Assembly (NCBI GenBank): GCA_040766655.1
Contig: JAXGQB010000020.1
Coordinates: forward strand, 28,327-92,326
From: Anaerolineae bacterium
GTDB lineage: Bacteria > Chloroflexota > Anaerolineae > CG2-30-64-16
Length of the DNA: 64,000 bases
Direction: 5' to 3'
In this document: piece after piece, positions 61,567 through 64,000 of the stretch
How the letters are laid out: each line of letters opens with the position of its first letter
Numbering within the stretch: position 1 is the stretch's first letter
Notes under the pieces: generated by a model
What the model saw: only the letters and a program-made list of their open reading frames with translations
Told to the model about the DNA's origin: nothing
The model's database searches: none
Translations under genes and position numbers: made by a program

Positions 61567-62793
61567 CTAGCCGCCGGCGCCTGATGTTGGCACGACGCCT
61601 GCTGCGCCGGCCTGCACTGACCCGATTTGCAGTATCTCGATGACCCCACTCGACCGAATTACGGCTATCGTCTTGCCGCCCGGGGAGAAGCCGAGGGCAA
61701 CTAACTGGCCCAGCTCCAGCGTCGCCGTGAGCGTCTGGGTGTCCGGGTCGAGAAGTCGTACCGTCCCCTTGCGGTCGGCCTGGTAGAGGCGCCCGTCGGG
61801 TGCGAAGCCGACCAGGGGCGCGCTGCCAGGGTTGAAATCAGAGAACCAGCGGCGATCCCAGTCGGACGCCCGATGCAGGCTCATCTTCTCGCCGGTGTGA
61901 TACATCAGCCAGCTTCCATCGTTCGAAAAGGCAGCCAGGTAGCAGTGTGTGCTGCCCTGAGACAAGGTTCCGACCGCCTCTCCCTCCGTCGTCCAGGCAA
62001 TGACTCTCCTGTCGGGGAAGATGGACCCCGTCACGATGTGACCGCCATCCGCCGCCACTGCCAGGCACATCACGGCGCCGTCGTGCGCCTTGAAGCTAAA
62101 CCTCTGCTTGCCATCCGACGTATCGAACAACCTGACGGTGCCGTCCGACAGGCCAGCGACCAGCGTCGTTCCGTCCGGACTGAACCGCAGCCTGATACCT
62201 TCCGACGCGACCGCGAGCGTGTACAGGAGCGCACCGCTCGACATCTCGTACATGGTGACGTCCGCCGTGTCCTGATCACTCGTGACGACTGCGGCCACCA
62301 GCGCACCGTCAGGCGACAGCTCGAAAGCTGAGACCTTGCCCGGCACGGTGAATTCCGAGATCAGGCTGCCATCTGCCGCCCGCACCATCGCGAAGCGCTG
62401 GTCCCTGGAAAGCAGGATGGCCTCGCCATCGGCCGAGTAAGCCATCCCGATCGGCTTGAAGGCGAGTCTGAAAGTCAGCACGGCGCCGGGGTGAGACGTA
62501 GCCGTGGCCGCAGGTGTCGGCGTTGGCGAGGGAGCCGGCGTGTCCGTCGGCATGGCGGTGGCCGTTTCCGTGGGCACGGGAGACGGCGTATCCGTGGGAA
62601 CGGCCGTCGGCGTCGAGGACGGCAACGTGGTCGGCGTGACAGTCGGGGCTGGCGGAGCAGTCACCACGGCCGCAAGTGGAGCCGGCGCGTTCACCGGCTG
62701 CCCCCCGCCCGCAGCGCAGCCGCTAAGCAGCGCCATCGCGATGGCGGCAACCATGACTTTGTGCGACAGGGATACATTTCGAGTGTCTGTCAT
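61567..62793 (-). CDS. Lipoprotein with a Thr/Pro linker and a WD40/beta-propeller-like repeat domain
   Basis: Lipobox ALLSGC and a TPTP-rich linker. Repeated FSPDG..L/V and SDG.....D blocks are typical of propeller blades. Confidence 0.7.
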   Translation of the reverse strand: MTDTRNVSLSHKVMVAAIAMALLSGCAAGGGQPVNAPAPLAAVVTAPPAPTVTPTTLPSSTPTAVPTDTPSPVPTETATAMPTDTPAPSPTPTPAATATSHPGAVLTFRLAFKPIGMAYSADGEAILLSRDQRFAMVRAADGSLISEFTVPGKVSAFELSPDGALVAAVVTSDQDTADVTMYEMSSGALLYTLAVASEGIRLRFSPDGTTLVAGLSDGTVRLFDTSDGKQRFSFKAHDGAVMCLAVAADGGHIVTGSIFPDRRVIAWTTEGEAVGTLSQGSTHCYLAAFSNDGSWLMYHTGEKMSLHRASDWDRRWFSDFNPGSAPLVGFAPDGRLYQADRKGTVRLLDPDTQTLTATLELGQLVALGFSPGGKTIAVIRSSGVIEILQIGSVQAGAAGVVPTSGAGG

Positions 62794-62802
62794 GCGAATC
62801 CC

Positions 62803-63657
62803 CTATTCGTTCTTCTCCTGGAAGAAATCCAGCAGCAGCGCGTTGAACGCGTCCGTCTTCTCCAGCATGGGGACATGCCCGCACGCATCGAGGATCTGCA
62901 CGCGTGCATTCGGGAGCGCCTGCGCGGCGACTTCGGCATGGGCCACAGGCAGGATGGGGTCTTGCCGGCCCCAAATCACCAGCACGGGTGCAGTGATATA
63001 GGGCAGCCGGCCGGTATTGACGCCCCAGAGGCTCTTCTTCTGCCCCAACAGATTGAGGCCCGAGCGCGCGGTGCGCAGCACCGCCTCCAGCGCACCTGGC
63101 TGCGCCGCCAGTTCGTAGTCGCAGTCGATCTTCTCCTCGATGATCACGAGGGGATCGTATACCGTCATCCTGGCGAAGCTGGCTATGCCCGAGCGGCTGA
63201 GGCGCATCAACCGCTCCCCGAGCAACGGTACGCTGGCCAGGCGCAGGCTCAGGTGGACCTGCGGGCCCAGGCCGGCCGGTGCGACCAGCACCAGCCTGTC
63301 CACCAGTCCCCCATGCGTGAAGGCGAGCCGGGTGGCCACCGCGCCGCCCATGGAATGGCCCACCACGTGAGCGCGCGGGATCTGCAGGGCCACCATGAAG
63401 TCCCGGACGAATTCCGTCAGGTACGTCGCTCCGTAGGTCGCACGGGCAGGCTTATCCGTCCGCCCGTGGCCGGGCAGGTCGACGGCGTAGACGCGGTGGT
63501 GCTCGGCCAGGGCGTTGAAGTTAGGCAGCCAGTCCTCGACATGGCAGCTCAAGCCGTGGATCAGCACGACGGGCGAGCCATGGCTGCCCCCGGCCCAATA
63601 GCGCGTCTTGATCTCCCCGATCCGGATGGTGCGATCCTGTGGAGCACCCGGCATCAT
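62803..63657 (-). CDS. Alpha/beta hydrolase
   Basis: GGAGG RBS. VVLIHGLSCH, nucleophile elbow VGHSMGG, and a C-terminal CGHVPMLE His motif. Confidence 0.88.
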   Translation of the reverse strand: MMPGAPQDRTIRIGEIKTRYWAGGSHGSPVVLIHGLSCHVEDWLPNFNALAEHHRVYAVDLPGHGRTDKPARATYGATYLTEFVRDFMVALQIPRAHVVGHSMGGAVATRLAFTHGGLVDRLVLVAPAGLGPQVHLSLRLASVPLLGERLMRLSRSGIASFARMTVYDPLVIIEEKIDCDYELAAQPGALEAVLRTARSGLNLLGQKKSLWGVNTGRLPYITAPVLVIWGRQDPILPVAHAEVAAQALPNARVQILDACGHVPMLEKTDAFNALLLDFFQEKNE

Positions 63658-63669
63658 GCTTTGCCTCCA

Positions 63670-64000
63670 TCAAGGTAACGGAAATCCGTGATTTCTACGT
63701 TTCAGGTCGCCAGCCGAGTCTGTTGAATAGCCACGGTTGCCTTGCGGAGACAGACACCCGGCCATGTCGGCCTTGCCCCGGACGAAATCCTCTGCACGGG
63801 TCAACTCCACACCCAGTGTCGCCGCGGCCTTCTGGCCATCGTAATGCGTGCTGTAGGAGACCAGCCAGTTCAACCCCATGATGTCTGACGCTGCCTCAGA
63901 GAAGGGGCTCATCATTGCGCGCATGACGCGGAAGACGCCGCCGGGTGCGTAGACCGGTCGCACTTTGCGCCCCAGCGTCTCGGCGTACATGTCCGCGACC
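63670..64000 (-). CDS. C-terminal part of an NmrA/SDR-like NAD(P)-binding protein; the gene continues past the right edge
   Basis: The open frame reaches the window end. The family impression comes only from the ...YAPGGVFRVMRAMM...YDGQKAAATLGVELT tail. Confidence 0.35.
   Translation of the reverse strand, partial: VADMYAETLGRKVRPVYAPGGVFRVMRAMMSPFSEAASDIMGLNWLVSYSTHYDGQKAAATLGVELTRAEDFVRGKADMAGCLSPQGNRGYSTDSAGDLKRRNHGFPLP

Noticed and set aside
1-64000. Searched intergenic regions for tRNA, rRNA, transposase, integrase or prophage genes
   Set aside because: No cloverleaf-like sequence, rRNA-like stretch or recombinase motif was seen. Intergenic spaces are short and are accounted for by promoters, hairpins and the repeat families. 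A tRNAscan/Infernal run would be the decisive check.

Overview
This is a high-GC bacterial chromosomal segment. Hand counts of typical 60-nt lines give about two-thirds G+C. I support about 48 protein-coding genes and found no rRNA, tRNA, CRISPR array, transposase or integrase.

Gene content, left to right:
- 1-5092, minus strand: a corrinoid-dependent methyl-transfer operon. It has two URO-D-fold methyltransferases, two corrinoid protein genes (one truncated by the window edge), a stand-alone MetH-reactivation-domain protein and a split COG0523 GTPase.
- 5266-6741: a divergent GntR/HutC regulator gene followed by a third B12-binding protein gene.
- 6874-22024: housekeeping and accessory genes, including ANT(6) adenylyltransferase, histidine phosphatase, hydrolases, an FAD-linked oxidase, a class V aminotransferase, ppk1 and a PNP-like protein.
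- 27663-32234: a family-5 ABC importer without ATPase genes, followed by a DUF1028 gene.
- 32470-35051: a fused B12-mutase-like gene translationally coupled to a ProC-like gene.
- 37574-44229: a 2035-aa RHS/YD-repeat polymorphic toxin with a low-GC C-terminal tip and a putative immunity gene. The locus is bracketed by an imperfect ~100-nt direct repeat of its own 5' leader.
- 44709-64000: larA-like, pirin, MFS, SDR, ric, ndh and others.

The most unusual content is a set of secreted surface proteins:
- A two-gene cassette is present twice (22358-24672 and 50051-52666). It encodes a small Gly-rich/FN3-like secreted protein plus a 13-residue-repeat fibre-like protein with a conserved C-terminal knob.
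- An FN3-like C-terminal domain ending in GEFDFALTPG is shared by three otherwise different secreted proteins.
- An 1817-aa adhesin-like protein ends in a Pro-rich VYLPLV motif that recurs inside the RHS protein.

Three families of palindromic intergenic repeats are also present.

All calls rest on reading the translations and the DNA by eye. No database search was run. Family names are recognition-based and start codons are best guesses from RBS context.
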